Source: an uncultured delta proteobacterium
GTDB taxonomy: Bacteria > Myxococcota_A > Polyangia > Polyangiales > Houyiibacteriaceae
Reading direction: 5' to 3'
NCBI GenBank assembly: GCA_963817725.1
Contig: CAWFPD010000006.1
Span: 19,723-83,722, forward strand
Length of the DNA stretch: 64,000 bases
Part shown: positions 35,639 to 45,478 of the stretch, piece after piece
Position numbering within the stretch: the stretch's first letter is position 1
How the letters are laid out: every line of letters begins with the position of its first letter
Translations under genes and position numbers: made by a program
Notes under the pieces: generated by a model
Database searches by the model: none
Told to the model about the DNA's origin: nothing
What the model saw: only the letters and a program-made list of their open reading frames with translations

Positions 35639-36637
35639 ATGCCCAAACCTCTGATGTGTCCCCCCGAAGTCCTCCGCCAAGATCTCCACGGCCGCCGCGC
35701 GATTGTGACGGGCGCCAACTCCGGCATCGGCTTCGTCACCGCGAAACAGCTCGCGAAGCAAGGCGCCTCGGTGACCCTCGCATGCCGAAACGAAGCCGAG
35801 GGTAGGGCGCGGGCGGACGAGATTCGCGCCGAACTCCCAAACGCCGACCTCGAAGTGCGAAAGCTCGATCTCGGAGAGCTGAGCTCCGTGCGCGCCTTCG
35901 TCGACGGCTATCTCAGGGATCACGACTCCCTTCATCTCTTGATCAACAACGCGGGTGTGATGAACACGCCCAAAGGCAAAACGGTGGATGGATTCGAAAC
36001 CCAAATCGGCGTCAACCACCTCGGCCATTTTCTCCTGACCGAGCTCCTCCTCGACACCCTCCAAAAGAGCGCGCCCGCGCGAGTAGTCGCGGTCTCGAGC
36101 TGCTACCACGACAAGGCGATGGGCCGTGAAGGCGTCATCGTTCTCGACGATCTCCACTTCGACAATCGCAAGTACGACGGCTGGGTCTCCTACGCGCAGT
36201 CCAAGTTGGCGAACGTTCTGCACGCCAAGCACCTCGCGAAGCGTCTCGAGGGAACCGGAGTCACCGCGGTGAGTGTTCATCCCGGGTGGGTCAGGACGCG
36301 GCTCACGCGTCACATGATGCCAGCGTGGATACAATCCGTGATGCGACCGTTCATGAGCATGGTGGGCATGATCGAGCCCTGGGAGGGCGCCCAAACCACC
36401 CTTTACGCTGCGCTCGGTCCCGACGTCGAAGCCCACCCGGGCGCCTACTACAGCCAGACCGGCACGTATCGCGACAAATCCAAGAACGCAGGCGGCTGGC
36501 CGCTCGAATCCCCAAATCCCCACGCCCACGATGACGAGATGGCACAACGCCTCTACGAACACAGCCGCCAGCTAGTGGGCCTCGAGGCTGCGTCAGCACG
36601 ACAAGCCCAACAGGCCGCGCGGCCTCCGCAAGTTTGA
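35639..36637 (+). CDS. Short-chain dehydrogenase/reductase (retinol-dehydrogenase-like)
   Basis: AIVTGANSGIGFVTA and YAQSKLANV. The last ~10 codons are encoded by a copy of the GGCCGCGCGGCC hairpin element. Confidence 0.8.
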   Translation: MPKPLMCPPEVLRQDLHGRRAIVTGANSGIGFVTAKQLAKQGASVTLACRNEAEGRARADEIRAELPNADLEVRKLDLGELSSVRAFVDGYLRDHDSLHLLINNAGVMNTPKGKTVDGFETQIGVNHLGHFLLTELLLDTLQKSAPARVVAVSSCYHDKAMGREGVIVLDDLHFDNRKYDGWVSYAQSKLANVLHAKHLAKRLEGTGVTAVSVHPGWVRTRLTRHMMPAWIQSVMRPFMSMVGMIEPWEGAQTTLYAALGPDVEAHPGAYYSQTGTYRDKSKNAGGWPLESPNPHAHDDEMAQRLYEHSRQLVGLEAASARQAQQAARPPQV

Positions 36638-36741
36638 TACGGCGCTAGAATGCTTTCGAGCTTGGTGCTCGTCATGAAGATCGGCCACCGGCGCGAGGTG
36701 TACGAAGGCTAGGGTCTCCCCCGGGGTGCTACGGTCTCACC

Positions 36742-37338
36742 ATGGCACGCTTGACCTCGACCAATCCCATCATCAGATGCACGTGGGCCGCCCTTGCGGC
36801 GCTTCTCAGTACGGCGTGCCAGGGCAAACCGACGCCCACGCAACCGGTGGAGGAGGCTTCGGCGCCGGTGGCTTTGACCGACGCATGTCAGCCGATTTCC
36901 GATCTCCATGCGCTCGACCCGCGGCGGCCGGTTCCGCTGCAACCGATGATGGCCTGGCACCAAAAGCAGAACATGCAGGCACACCTAGAAGCGATCCAGC
37001 GCGTCCTCGACGCCCTCGCCCACGAGGATTGGGAAGCGATCGGCCGTGCCTCCGCCCCGATCGAGTCGTCGCCCCAGATGCAGCAGATGTGCGAGCACAT
37101 GGGTGCTGGCGCAGAGGGGTTCACCGAGCTCGCGCTCGACTTCCATCACCGGGCCGACGCGATCGGCGAGGCCGCCCGCGCACACGATGCGCAGGCCGTC
37201 TTACGAGCCACGTCGAGCACCTTGCAGGCCTGCACGAGCTGTCACGCAAAGTACCGACAGGAAGTCGTCGACGCCGAGACGTGGATGGCGCGAACCGGCC
37301 AGGCCCACGACCCCGCGATGATGCACGGCGAGCACTGA
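36742..37338 (+). CDS. Class II (four-helix-bundle type) c-type cytochrome lipoprotein
   Basis: Lipobox LLSTAC. A single C-terminal heme motif, ACTSCHAKYR. Confidence 0.55.
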   Translation: MARLTSTNPIIRCTWAALAALLSTACQGKPTPTQPVEEASAPVALTDACQPISDLHALDPRRPVPLQPMMAWHQKQNMQAHLEAIQRVLDALAHEDWEAIGRASAPIESSPQMQQMCEHMGAGAEGFTELALDFHHRADAIGEAARAHDAQAVLRATSSTLQACTSCHAKYRQEVVDAETWMARTGQAHDPAMMHGEH

Positions 37339-37511
37339 GCGGACGAACATTCCCGGGGCAAATCCCGCCTCTTCGATCGCTACGCGGCGCTGGCGACCGC
37401 AGAACGCGGTAAGCGCGACAGGCCGCCCCGCCTACTCCTGGCGCCCCGTGGTAGCCCGCGCATTTTGTGCGCGTTGTAGGAAGTGGCGCACGGTTTGCGT
37501 CGGCGCCTCGT

Positions 37512-37534
37512 CCGAAGAATTACGTATAGACCGG
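37512..37534 (+). promoter_or_regulatory. AT-rich conserved motif ccgaAGAATTACGTATAGAccgg (copy 2 of 3)
   Basis: Lies 80 nt upstream of the ATG at 37614. Confidence 0.4.
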
Positions 37535-37613
37535 TCACGCTTTCACCTGTAGGCGACAAATGTGCGGCGCGTCCCGTTCGTTCCGCGACTCAACGAACGA
37601 CAAGGAGGCAGTC

Positions 37614-40600
37614 ATGAAGCTACAGGTTGCAAAGGTCGCGCTTCTATGCGCGGCAATCGCTCCCCATGCGGCGCTCGCGCAGGAAAGCTCGACAAACGCC
37701 AACACGTGCTCGATCAGCCCCTCGGGTGGCAGCTCGAGCGGGGATATCACCGTCGCGGCGACGGCAGGGCAGGTCGGTCAAACGGCTACACTCTCCAACG
37801 TCTCGGTGACGTTTCCGACGACGATCGCGAACGATCCCGTCATCGATGCATACAACGCGGGCGCTTTCGGGCTCGTTCCTGGCCTCAACCCGATCCTCAC
37901 CAACGTGACCGTGCAGGTCGACGCGACGAACACGATGGAGGGGAGTCAACCTCTTTTCGGGTCGGCAAACGTGCTCGTGGAGATCGTCGATCCGAATGGA
38001 GATCCGGGCACCGGTGATGAATACCTCGCACCTCGAGACGCGACGATCCCGCTGCCGAACAGCAACTGGAGCCCCACCGATCTCAGCATCGAGTTTACGC
38101 AGACCGTCTTCATTGCCATGAACGGCGGAATCACAATCGACTGCGTTCCGAGCTCGAGCCCCATTCCATTCGCGACCCTGGCGGTCACGACCACTCCTTG
38201 CGACGACACGCTCGACTGCAATGATCCGAATGGCTACTGCGATTTCTGGGGCGACTGCATTTGCAATGCCGGCTTCGGCGGTGCCGACTGTGCGTGTCAA
38301 GACGCCGTCACGTGTAACGGAAGGGGCGCATGCAACGCCGCGGGCAACTGTGTCTGTGACCCCGGCTTTGGCGGCCCGAATTGCCTCTGCGAAGACGCGA
38401 TCGACTGTAACAGCAACGGCTCTTGCACCGCGCCCGGCACCTGTGTCTGTGACCCAGGGTTCGGTGGGCCCGATTGCTCTTGCGACCCCGCGATCGCATG
38501 CAATGGCAACGGCGTTTGTGATGCGTCCGGGGCATGCGTTTGTGGACCGGCCTGGACGGGTGCCGACTGCCTGACTCCGACCTGCATTCCAGAGACCGAC
38601 TGCAACGGCAACGGCATCTGCGTGGACGGCGGGTGCGTGTGCGACGCGGGATTCATCGGAGACGACTGTTCGACTCAGCTCTGTGACCCGGCTGTCGACT
38701 GCGACGGAGTACCCGTGGCAGTCGGAACTATCCAGCCGCACATCGTTGCAACCGATGCCATGGGGTCACTGCTGTCATGGTCGAATCAAGACTTCACGCT
38801 TTTCAATCAGCCGTCGCCCATCAATCTAGGGTTGGCCGCGGGCCTGAATCCGATGAGCGTGCAGTCGGGCGAGGGAGTCGTGATCGTCAATGATCCCGGG
38901 ACGGATCCGGCCAGTGGTACGTTCGACGCGATCTACCGCTCGAACACCGCCGGCGTGCTCGACCTGACCGTCCAAGGGAACTACGTCTGCCCCGGCATCG
39001 CGTTCAACTGCGGTCCGGTCCTCGGCGATCCAATGTATCCCTACTGGAGGGCGAACTTCGTGACCACGGTCGCTACGATTTCCGGCGCCCTGGTGGGCTC
39101 GGGCGCAGGCCAGCTTCCAACCGAGTTGAATGGCGCGCCGATCACATACGCCATCGACGGGGACGTCCTGTGCCTCTCTGGGGCCGCGACCGATTGCGAC
39201 GGGACGGCTTATCTCAACGCGTTCAAGGGAGTTGGTACCGACCTGTCCGAACCAGGCTCCAAGAGGACTGTGACGATCAAACAGGTCTTTGCCGACCCGT
39301 CCGACCCGTCCGGACAGACACTCCTGCCCATCCATCTCGACATCATTTATGACGAGGTAGTGAGCGCTGGGTTTACCACCGCAGTGAGCTCGTCTCAGGA
39401 GGCTGGCACCATCAGCTCCGACTTCAGCCTCGCGGCGCTAGGCTTTGGCCCGGTCTTTTTCGACATCACGACGACGGCGGAGTTCACAGACGACGTCACA
39501 GTCTGCTTCGAATATCCGGAGACGATGACAGACGAGTGCGATCTTCGCCTCCTTCACAACGCCGACGGGGGAGCCGACGAGTTCGTCGACGTGACCCTAG
39601 GCGAAGCGCACGAGGACTGTCCGTTCGTCGACGCAGAGACGACGTGCGCCAACAACCTCTGCATCAACACGGTGACGCACCAAGTCTGCGGCGGCGCAAC
39701 GAGCTTGTCCCCGTGGACACCGGCAATGTTCGTCGGGAACAACGCGCCCTCCGCCGATGCCGGCCTCGATCAGGCGGTGACCGTCATCGGGACTGTTGTT
39801 CATCTCGATGGAAGTGCGAGTTACGACCTGGACGGCGATCCGATTTCCTACAGCTGGACCCTGTCCGGGCCCGCCGGAAGCTCCGCCACGCTGCAGGGCG
39901 CGACGACCGCCACGCCAAGCTTCGTGCCCGACGTGTACGGAGATTTCGTGGCTACGCTGGTCGTCACGGACTCGGGGGGCCTGACCGGCACGGACGAAGT
40001 CCTCGTGAGCTTCGACAATGTGCCGCCGGTCGCGGACGCAACGGCGCATCCGCAAGCGGTGCGCGTTGGCGAGATGGTTCTGCTCGATGGAAGCGGAAGC
40101 ACGGACGCCAACGGCGACTCGTTGACCTACGAGTGGAGCGTCGTTCTGGCGCCAGCGGGAAGCGTCGCCACGCTGGACGATCCCACCGCTCAGATGCCGA
40201 CTTTCACGCCGGATATAGCCGGCACCTACCAGATGGACCTCATCGTGAGTGACGGCATCGCAAACAGCGAGGTCGCTAGCGTCACCGTGGTCGCAACCAC
40301 CGCCGAGGGCGAGCTCGTGGAAGCGCTCGAGGCAGCCATCGATGTGGTCAACGGTCTCGACCCGACGACCTTCAAGAACAAGAGCCTTCAGAAGAACATG
40401 GCCAAGCACATTGGTCAGGCGCTTGCTCATGTGGACAACGGCAAGCTCAACGCGGCTCGGGACAAGCTCGAGGCGGTTTTTCAGAAGACCGACGGGTGCG
40501 CGAACAACGCCTCTCCAGATCCCAACGACTGGATCGACGACTGCGCGGCTCAATCGCAGGTGCATCCGCTGATTGTCCAGGCCATCGCGCTCATCGACGA

Positions 40601-40616
40601 AATCCTCGGACAGTAA
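37614..40616 (+). CDS. Large secreted protein with tandem EGF-like (tenascin-type) repeats and PKD-like domains
   Basis: RBS aaggagg and signal MKLQVAKVALLCAAIAPHAALA. Repeats are of the form CNGRGACNAAGNCVCDPGFGGPNCLC. Two VxLDGSxSxDxDGDxxxYxW PKD-type modules are present. Confidence 0.75.
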   Translation: MKLQVAKVALLCAAIAPHAALAQESSTNANTCSISPSGGSSSGDITVAATAGQVGQTATLSNVSVTFPTTIANDPVIDAYNAGAFGLVPGLNPILTNVTVQVDATNTMEGSQPLFGSANVLVEIVDPNGDPGTGDEYLAPRDATIPLPNSNWSPTDLSIEFTQTVFIAMNGGITIDCVPSSSPIPFATLAVTTTPCDDTLDCNDPNGYCDFWGDCICNAGFGGADCACQDAVTCNGRGACNAAGNCVCDPGFGGPNCLCEDAIDCNSNGSCTAPGTCVCDPGFGGPDCSCDPAIACNGNGVCDASGACVCGPAWTGADCLTPTCIPETDCNGNGICVDGGCVCDAGFIGDDCSTQLCDPAVDCDGVPVAVGTIQPHIVATDAMGSLLSWSNQDFTLFNQPSPINLGLAAGLNPMSVQSGEGVVIVNDPGTDPASGTFDAIYRSNTAGVLDLTVQGNYVCPGIAFNCGPVLGDPMYPYWRANFVTTVATISGALVGSGAGQLPTELNGAPITYAIDGDVLCLSGAATDCDGTAYLNAFKGVGTDLSEPGSKRTVTIKQVFADPSDPSGQTLLPIHLDIIYDEVVSAGFTTAVSSSQEAGTISSDFSLAALGFGPVFFDITTTAEFTDDVTVCFEYPETMTDECDLRLLHNADGGADEFVDVTLGEAHEDCPFVDAETTCANNLCINTVTHQVCGGATSLSPWTPAMFVGNNAPSADAGLDQAVTVIGTVVHLDGSASYDLDGDPISYSWTLSGPAGSSATLQGATTATPSFVPDVYGDFVATLVVTDSGGLTGTDEVLVSFDNVPPVADATAHPQAVRVGEMVLLDGSGSTDANGDSLTYEWSVVLAPAGSVATLDDPTAQMPTFTPDIAGTYQMDLIVSDGIANSEVASVTVVATTAEGELVEALEAAIDVVNGLDPTTFKNKSLQKNMAKHIGQALAHVDNGKLNAARDKLEAVFQKTDGCANNASPDPNDWIDDCAAQSQVHPLIVQAIALIDEILGQ

Positions 40617-40666
40617 CACTCGCAACGCGCCGGACCGTAATGGCCGGTCCGCAACTCACAGTGAAA

Positions 40667-40691
40667 GGCCCCGCCTCCGGCGGGGCCTTTT
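40667..40691 (+). terminator. Rho-independent terminator
   Basis: GGCCCCGCC-tcc-GGCGGGGCC followed by TTTT, about 50 nt after the stop at 40616. Confidence 0.7.
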
Positions 40692-40757
40692 CGCGCGATC
40701 ACCCTCGATCCGCGTTCTTTGACAGACCAGATGCAACCGATGCGCTGTGGGCATTCG

Positions 40758-40870
40758 GATCTACACGAACAGTGTCGACGCTCCGGAGGAGTTCAAAGCC
40801 AAGGCGAAAGCAAACCTCGAGTGATGGGGATCGTCGTTCCGCTCCGCGCATTCGACCTCTTGCTGCAGTC
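40758..40870 (+). pseudogene. Internally deleted remnant of the ParD-like/ParE-like cassette
   Basis: ..VDAPEEFKAKAKANLE* overlapping ATGGGGATCGTCGTT.. (MGIVVPLRAFDLL). It parallels 27958..28346 and 8709..8880. Confidence 0.5.
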
Positions 40871-40879
40871 ACGGCATCC

Positions 40880-40903
40880 AAGGAAATAATTACGTATGGA
40901 CGA
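40880..40903 (+). promoter_or_regulatory. AT-rich conserved motif aaggaAATAATTACGTATGGAcg (copy 3 of 3)
   Basis: Lies 33 nt upstream of the ATG at 40936. Confidence 0.4.
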
Positions 40904-40935
40904 AGCTGCATTTGTCCGGCCATGCTGCCGGACAA

Positions 40936-41352
40936 ATGCGCGACAAGCCGCTCAGCACGATGTTCTTCGTGGCGGCACTTTGGAATTTCGCCGCCGCGTT
41001 GCCAGGGCTCATTTCCTACGAGTGGCAGTTCAAGCTGCTCTTCGGCGACGAAGCGTACACGGGGGACTTTCACCAGGCGCTGCTCTTCCGGTCGTTCGCC
41101 CTCTCCGTGCTCCTCTTCGGTATCGGCTACTATCTCGTATCGAGAGACATCAGCCAGAACCGAGGGATCGTGTGGCTCGGAGCCGTGGGCAAAATCTTGG
41201 TCTTCGTCTTTTTCACGGTTGCCTTCCTCGGTGAGCAGGTCACGACGCTGGCCTGGACAGTCTCTATCGGAGACCTCCTCTGGGCCCTGGCGTTCTTGTG
41301 GTTCCTCCACCGAACCAAGGACCAAGTGCGGGTGAGCAATCTCGTCGGGTAA
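40936..41352 (+). CDS. Integral membrane protein (4 predicted TM segments), unknown function
   Basis: MRDKPLSTMFFVAALWNFAAALPGLI..., with hydrophobic segments throughout. A TTG alternative start lies at 40912. Confidence 0.55.
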   Translation: MRDKPLSTMFFVAALWNFAAALPGLISYEWQFKLLFGDEAYTGDFHQALLFRSFALSVLLFGIGYYLVSRDISQNRGIVWLGAVGKILVFVFFTVAFLGEQVTTLAWTVSIGDLLWALAFLWFLHRTKDQVRVSNLVG

Positions 41353-41435
41353 CGAACAGGCCGCTCCTAGTCGCGTCCTGATGGAATTCTGACCGGCCGC
41401 GCGGCCTCACCGAGGTTGATACGGCGCTGAAGGAT

Positions 41436-41975
41436 CTACTTGCCGATCGCAGGTTCGAAGCTGGCCGAATCGCCCGATTGTAGCGTGACGGCGACCTTCA
41501 TCTGATCCGCGGTCGGATCGAGCCCAAGCGAGGCTAGGGAGGACAGAATGTCTTTGAGCACGATGCTTGCTCGAGAGGCTGCGTCGTCGTCCTCGGGTAA
41601 GTCGAGCTTGAGGCTCAGCTCGCGCGGCGTGCAGCGCCAGTCAATTGTCTGCGCTGGAACTTCGAGCGGTGGGCTCAGGGCGCCGATCAACCCACCGTAA
41701 CCAATGCGGTCGAACGCACTCGGATACCACCCATTGACGATCCGTCCCGCCGCATCGGCATACCGTTCGCAGAGCTCGGACCCGGGCGAGCTCACACCCT
41801 TTGGCACGAACCTTTGGGGCAACTTCTCTTCACGCAGAAACTTCGAAGGAGACTCCGCGGCGGCCACCGAGGTTTGGATCGCCTCCGAGAACCAAGCCTG
41901 CCGATCCGTTTGCCTCGCGCATGGCGTCAGCAACAGCAGCATCACGGACGCACCGATGAGTTGCGTCCACTTCAT
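41436..41975 (-). CDS. Secreted/lipoprotein, unknown function
   Basis: Signal MKWTQLIGASVMLLLLTPC. A paralogous fragment lies at 13860-14000. Confidence 0.5.
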   Translation of the reverse strand: MKWTQLIGASVMLLLLTPCARQTDRQAWFSEAIQTSVAAAESPSKFLREEKLPQRFVPKGVSSPGSELCERYADAAGRIVNGWYPSAFDRIGYGGLIGALSPPLEVPAQTIDWRCTPRELSLKLDLPEDDDAASRASIVLKDILSSLASLGLDPTADQMKVAVTLQSGDSASFEPAIGK

Positions 41976-42161
41976 TTGTTGTCGCTGCCCCGGTCCTCCC
42001 ATGGCTCCCCACTTGCCAGGATACCAACCGGCTCATCCACGACCCAAAAATGGTGAGCGCGCTTTCACTCCACCGGAATCTTGCAAACTGAACAGGCGGC
42101 GCGGCCGCGATGGCGCCCACCATTGTCGCGGCCCAGCTCGCCAGGTTACCATCCGTGCTCC

Positions 42162-42533
42162 ATGCCCAAGACCACGCGCACCTATTACAACCCGCTCTCC
42201 GACGAGCATCGCGGCGACTGGCAAGCGGTCGAAGGCCTCGAAGGCATGGCCGACGAGCTCACGCTCGCCATCGACGAACAGAACGGCGACTACACCCGCC
42301 TCACCCGCTTCGCCCCCGGCACCGACACGACCCCCTTCGGCAGCAAGTCACACGAGTATCCGGAAGAAGTGTTCATCATCGAAGGAAGCCTCTACGACGC
42401 CGCCTTCGATCGCTGGCTGCACAAAGGCGACTACGCGAGCCGCCCGCCCGGCGAAGCCCACGGCCCCTTCCGCACCGAAGAAGGCTGCCTCGTCCTCGAG
42501 ATGTCGTATCCAAGCCAGTCGGTGAGGAAGTAA
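42162..42533 (+). CDS. Cupin-domain protein
   Basis: HEYPEEVFIIEGSLYD...GDYASRPPGEAHGPF. Confidence 0.6.
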   Translation: MPKTTRTYYNPLSDEHRGDWQAVEGLEGMADELTLAIDEQNGDYTRLTRFAPGTDTTPFGSKSHEYPEEVFIIEGSLYDAAFDRWLHKGDYASRPPGEAHGPFRTEEGCLVLEMSYPSQSVRK

Positions 42534-42654
42534 TTCGGCAGTACAAGTGTTCACCAGCTAACCAAAACACGACAATGTCAACCGGCCGCGCGGCCTGTTT
42601 GCTCGCCAACGCAACTTCTCATCACACCACACGGCGTCACTTTGATAGGATCGG

Positions 42655-45411
42655 GTGAACTTGGCTTCGCATCGGCATCGGCTGCTCACGGCATTCATCG
42701 CATCGACGCTCCTCAGCTGTGGCGGCAACGGCGGCGAGACGCCGATGGAAGGTTCGGGCCCGGCACAAAGTTGGACCGTGAGCCTCGGCGTGCCCCCGGG
42801 GGCCGCTCCTTGTTTCGCGCCCGGTCAGCTGCTGCCACTCGACATCGCCGTCTACGACGGCGACGGGCAGCTTCTGCCGAACACCCAAGTGCAACTCACG
42901 GGTGACGCGCAAAGCGCATTCGAAGAGGATGGGCACGGCGGCTGGATCATCCGCGGCGAGGGTGATTTCACTTTCGGCGTCACCTACACGGGCGAAGTCG
43001 CCGACAACGCCGACCTTTCTCCCGCCAGCTTCGAGCTCATCAGCGATCAAACGCCGCCCGAGATCACAGTCTCCGCTCCGGCCCGCGCAGCGATGATCAC
43101 CACCAACACCGATGTTCGGGTGCAGGCCCAGGTTTCCGACGCCGTCAGCACGCTGCAAAGCGTGACGCTCAACGAAGACGAACAGCTCAGCGCCGCCGAC
43201 CGTCAACAGCTAGACCTCGACACCGCGCCGCCCGGTCAATGGGGCTTGAACACGGTGCGCATCGTCGCCACCGATGCTTGCGGCAACACCAAGCGCCACG
43301 CCCAGAGCTACCTCCGAAGCGAGCAGTATCTCGAAGCCGCCACCGCCAGCAACGCCGCTTCGCAGGTGCCCAACGGCCAGGGGCTTCGCATGGCTCAGGC
43401 AGTCGTCGACGACCGAAATCGCAACGACCTCGATGACCTGGCCACCCTGATGGAACGCTACCTCGAGCGAAATCTCAACCCGGCGTTGAAGCAGGGGACA
43501 GCCGGGGCGCTCGTGTACCAGCAAGACGGGGCCTTGTGTAGCTGGATCACGCGAATCACGATTTCGAACGTCGGCATCACGGTCGCAGACCCCAACGTCA
43601 CGGCCATCGACCTCTTGCCTGGCGGCCTCCGCAATCGTCTGTCGTTCCATAGCGTGCAGATGCCCATCGACATCACCGCGCGCGTCTACAATCCGATCAA
43701 CTGCTCGTACACCGAAGCCCGATACGCCACATTTGTGACGCTCGACATGAACGTGACGGTCGACACGCTCTCCTCGGTCGAGAACGGCGCGGTGATGATG
43801 CAAACCCAGGCTCCGTCCGTGACGGTGTCCAATCTAGCGGTCAGCGCGACCGGTGTTTCCGCCATCGACTCGCTGCTGAGCTCGTTGCTCAACTTGTTCC
43901 AGACGACCATCAGCAATGCGGTCGAAGACGCGCTGGCTTCCGAGCTGCCCGCCATCATCGATCCCTTCCTCAACTCCCTGCTGGCCGGCACGCTTTCGCT
44001 CTCGGGTGAGGCCTATGGCTACGAGCTCAACGTGTTGAGTGGCATTGACGGGCAAGAGATCGACCCAAGCGCGCTGACCCAAACGGCATTTGCGCAAGTC
44101 TACCCCTCCACGGCGGCGCCCCCTGGCGTGGACCAAGGCTCGCTGATGAGGCCCATCGACCCCACCAGCTTTGCCGGGGCAAGCGAGCCGCTCACTTATG
44201 CGCTCAACGACAACCTGATCAACAACGGCTTGTGGGCGCTGTGGTACGGCGGCTACTTGGAGCTCGATGATCTCTTCGGCCTGGGTGGGGTCACCATGCG
44301 CGTCGGCGCCGGGCTTCCCCCCGTGCTGATGCCAGGCCCCACCGACGAGCTGAGCACCCTCGCGCTCGGTGACCTCCAGGTCTCGTTGGGTCTCACCTTG
44401 CCCGAAGGCATCGTGCCGGGCGCCTCGGGTGAGCTGTCGGTCGACGCCTTCGTGAGCCAATACGTCGTGGGCACCTTCAGCTACAACGCGGACACCGGAC
44501 AACTACAGCTCAGCCCCAACCTCGCGCAGAGTCAGTCCTACGTGCAGGTCGACTCCACTTCGTTAAATGGAGAGCCGGTCACCGACCCCGAGCAGGCGGC
44601 TGCAATCCGCGACTACGCCGAGAATGTGATCAGCGGAGCGACTCGCATGCTTTTGAACGACAGCTTGGGCGCCATTCCGCTCCCGCCCTTGACGCTCGAT
44701 TTCACCGAGACCCTTGGCGGCGGGACCATCACCGCCATGGAGCTCACGCTGCTGCAAGTGAGGGACGCCCCGGACGGCATCTTTTTGGACTTCAGCGTGA
44801 ATGCGCAAAGCTCGCCCCTATGCGGCCCGAGCGACACGCTCAGCACCAACCACCGCTGGGATAACGCCGACCTCATGGAACAGGGCGTGCCGTATCTCGA
44901 TGGCAGCATCGACTACCCCGAGTGCCCCTCCGAGCCTTACTGCCCCGCCAAAGCCCAACCGTACGAGGTCACGGTCGGCGAGTATCAAAGCCAATTCGCT
45001 GCGTGCGAAGCAGCAGGCACGTATCGCGGAGCCGCCAAGTGTCTGACCAGCTGGCGATTGCCCCTGGCGTACGGTTGGTATTGCGGTGGGGGAAGGCCGG
45101 TTCTAGACGAAGCTGCAGGCGACGACTTCTGGACGACCCCCATCCTCGATCCGGTCGACTTCTGCTGCAAGCTCCACGACCTCAATCTATGGGATCCCGT
45201 GAACGCTGCCACGTCCCCGCTCAACGCCTGCGGCTTTGCCATGTGTCTTCATCAGGCCGCCACCTCCGCGCCTGACATCTTCCGTTGCATGCCCAACGTC
45301 GCCAGAGCACGCATCCGCATGTACAACCAAGCCGCCATCCTCTGCACTTCCGAAGGAGGCGACACCCTCGCCCCGGTGGGCGATCCGTACGTAGGCGAGC
45401 TGCCGCAGTGA
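42655..45411 (+). CDS. Large lipoprotein with C-terminal secreted-phospholipase-A2-like domain
   Basis: Lipobox ASTLLSCGG. The C-terminus has YGWYCGGGRP (compare the sPLA2 Ca-loop YGCYCGxGG) and FCCKLHDLNLW (compare CCxxHD). Confidence 0.65.
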   Translation: MNLASHRHRLLTAFIASTLLSCGGNGGETPMEGSGPAQSWTVSLGVPPGAAPCFAPGQLLPLDIAVYDGDGQLLPNTQVQLTGDAQSAFEEDGHGGWIIRGEGDFTFGVTYTGEVADNADLSPASFELISDQTPPEITVSAPARAAMITTNTDVRVQAQVSDAVSTLQSVTLNEDEQLSAADRQQLDLDTAPPGQWGLNTVRIVATDACGNTKRHAQSYLRSEQYLEAATASNAASQVPNGQGLRMAQAVVDDRNRNDLDDLATLMERYLERNLNPALKQGTAGALVYQQDGALCSWITRITISNVGITVADPNVTAIDLLPGGLRNRLSFHSVQMPIDITARVYNPINCSYTEARYATFVTLDMNVTVDTLSSVENGAVMMQTQAPSVTVSNLAVSATGVSAIDSLLSSLLNLFQTTISNAVEDALASELPAIIDPFLNSLLAGTLSLSGEAYGYELNVLSGIDGQEIDPSALTQTAFAQVYPSTAAPPGVDQGSLMRPIDPTSFAGASEPLTYALNDNLINNGLWALWYGGYLELDDLFGLGGVTMRVGAGLPPVLMPGPTDELSTLALGDLQVSLGLTLPEGIVPGASGELSVDAFVSQYVVGTFSYNADTGQLQLSPNLAQSQSYVQVDSTSLNGEPVTDPEQAAAIRDYAENVISGATRMLLNDSLGAIPLPPLTLDFTETLGGGTITAMELTLLQVRDAPDGIFLDFSVNAQSSPLCGPSDTLSTNHRWDNADLMEQGVPYLDGSIDYPECPSEPYCPAKAQPYEVTVGEYQSQFAACEAAGTYRGAAKCLTSWRLPLAYGWYCGGGRPVLDEAAGDDFWTTPILDPVDFCCKLHDLNLWDPVNAATSPLNACGFAMCLHQAATSAPDIFRCMPNVARARIRMYNQAAILCTSEGGDTLAPVGDPYVGELPQ

Positions 45412-45478
45412 CCTAGAACCACGGCCCTCCCGTCCTCGCGAGGCGGATTCGTTCCCGCTTGCGATGCCAACGAGTGGC

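Noticed and set aside
35126-36562. 478-aa minus-strand ORF
   Set aside because: It is antisense to the SDR gene (which has TGxxxGIG and YxxxK motifs) and to the end of the delta-60 lipoprotein gene.
22195-40903. AATTACGTAT motif as a sigma70 or ECF promoter element
   Set aside because: No TTGACA-like or GGAAC-like -35 box lies at the appropriate 16-18 nt spacing upstream of any copy. It is retained only as a candidate transcription-factor site.
36726-44502. Miscellaneous overlapping ORFs: 36726..37412, 37644..38741, 39597..40625, 40496..41335, 41704..42525, 42110..42658 and 43834..44502
   Set aside because: They are alternative-frame or antisense shadows of the cytochrome c, EGF/PKD, membrane protein, lipoprotein, cupin and PLA2-lipoprotein genes.
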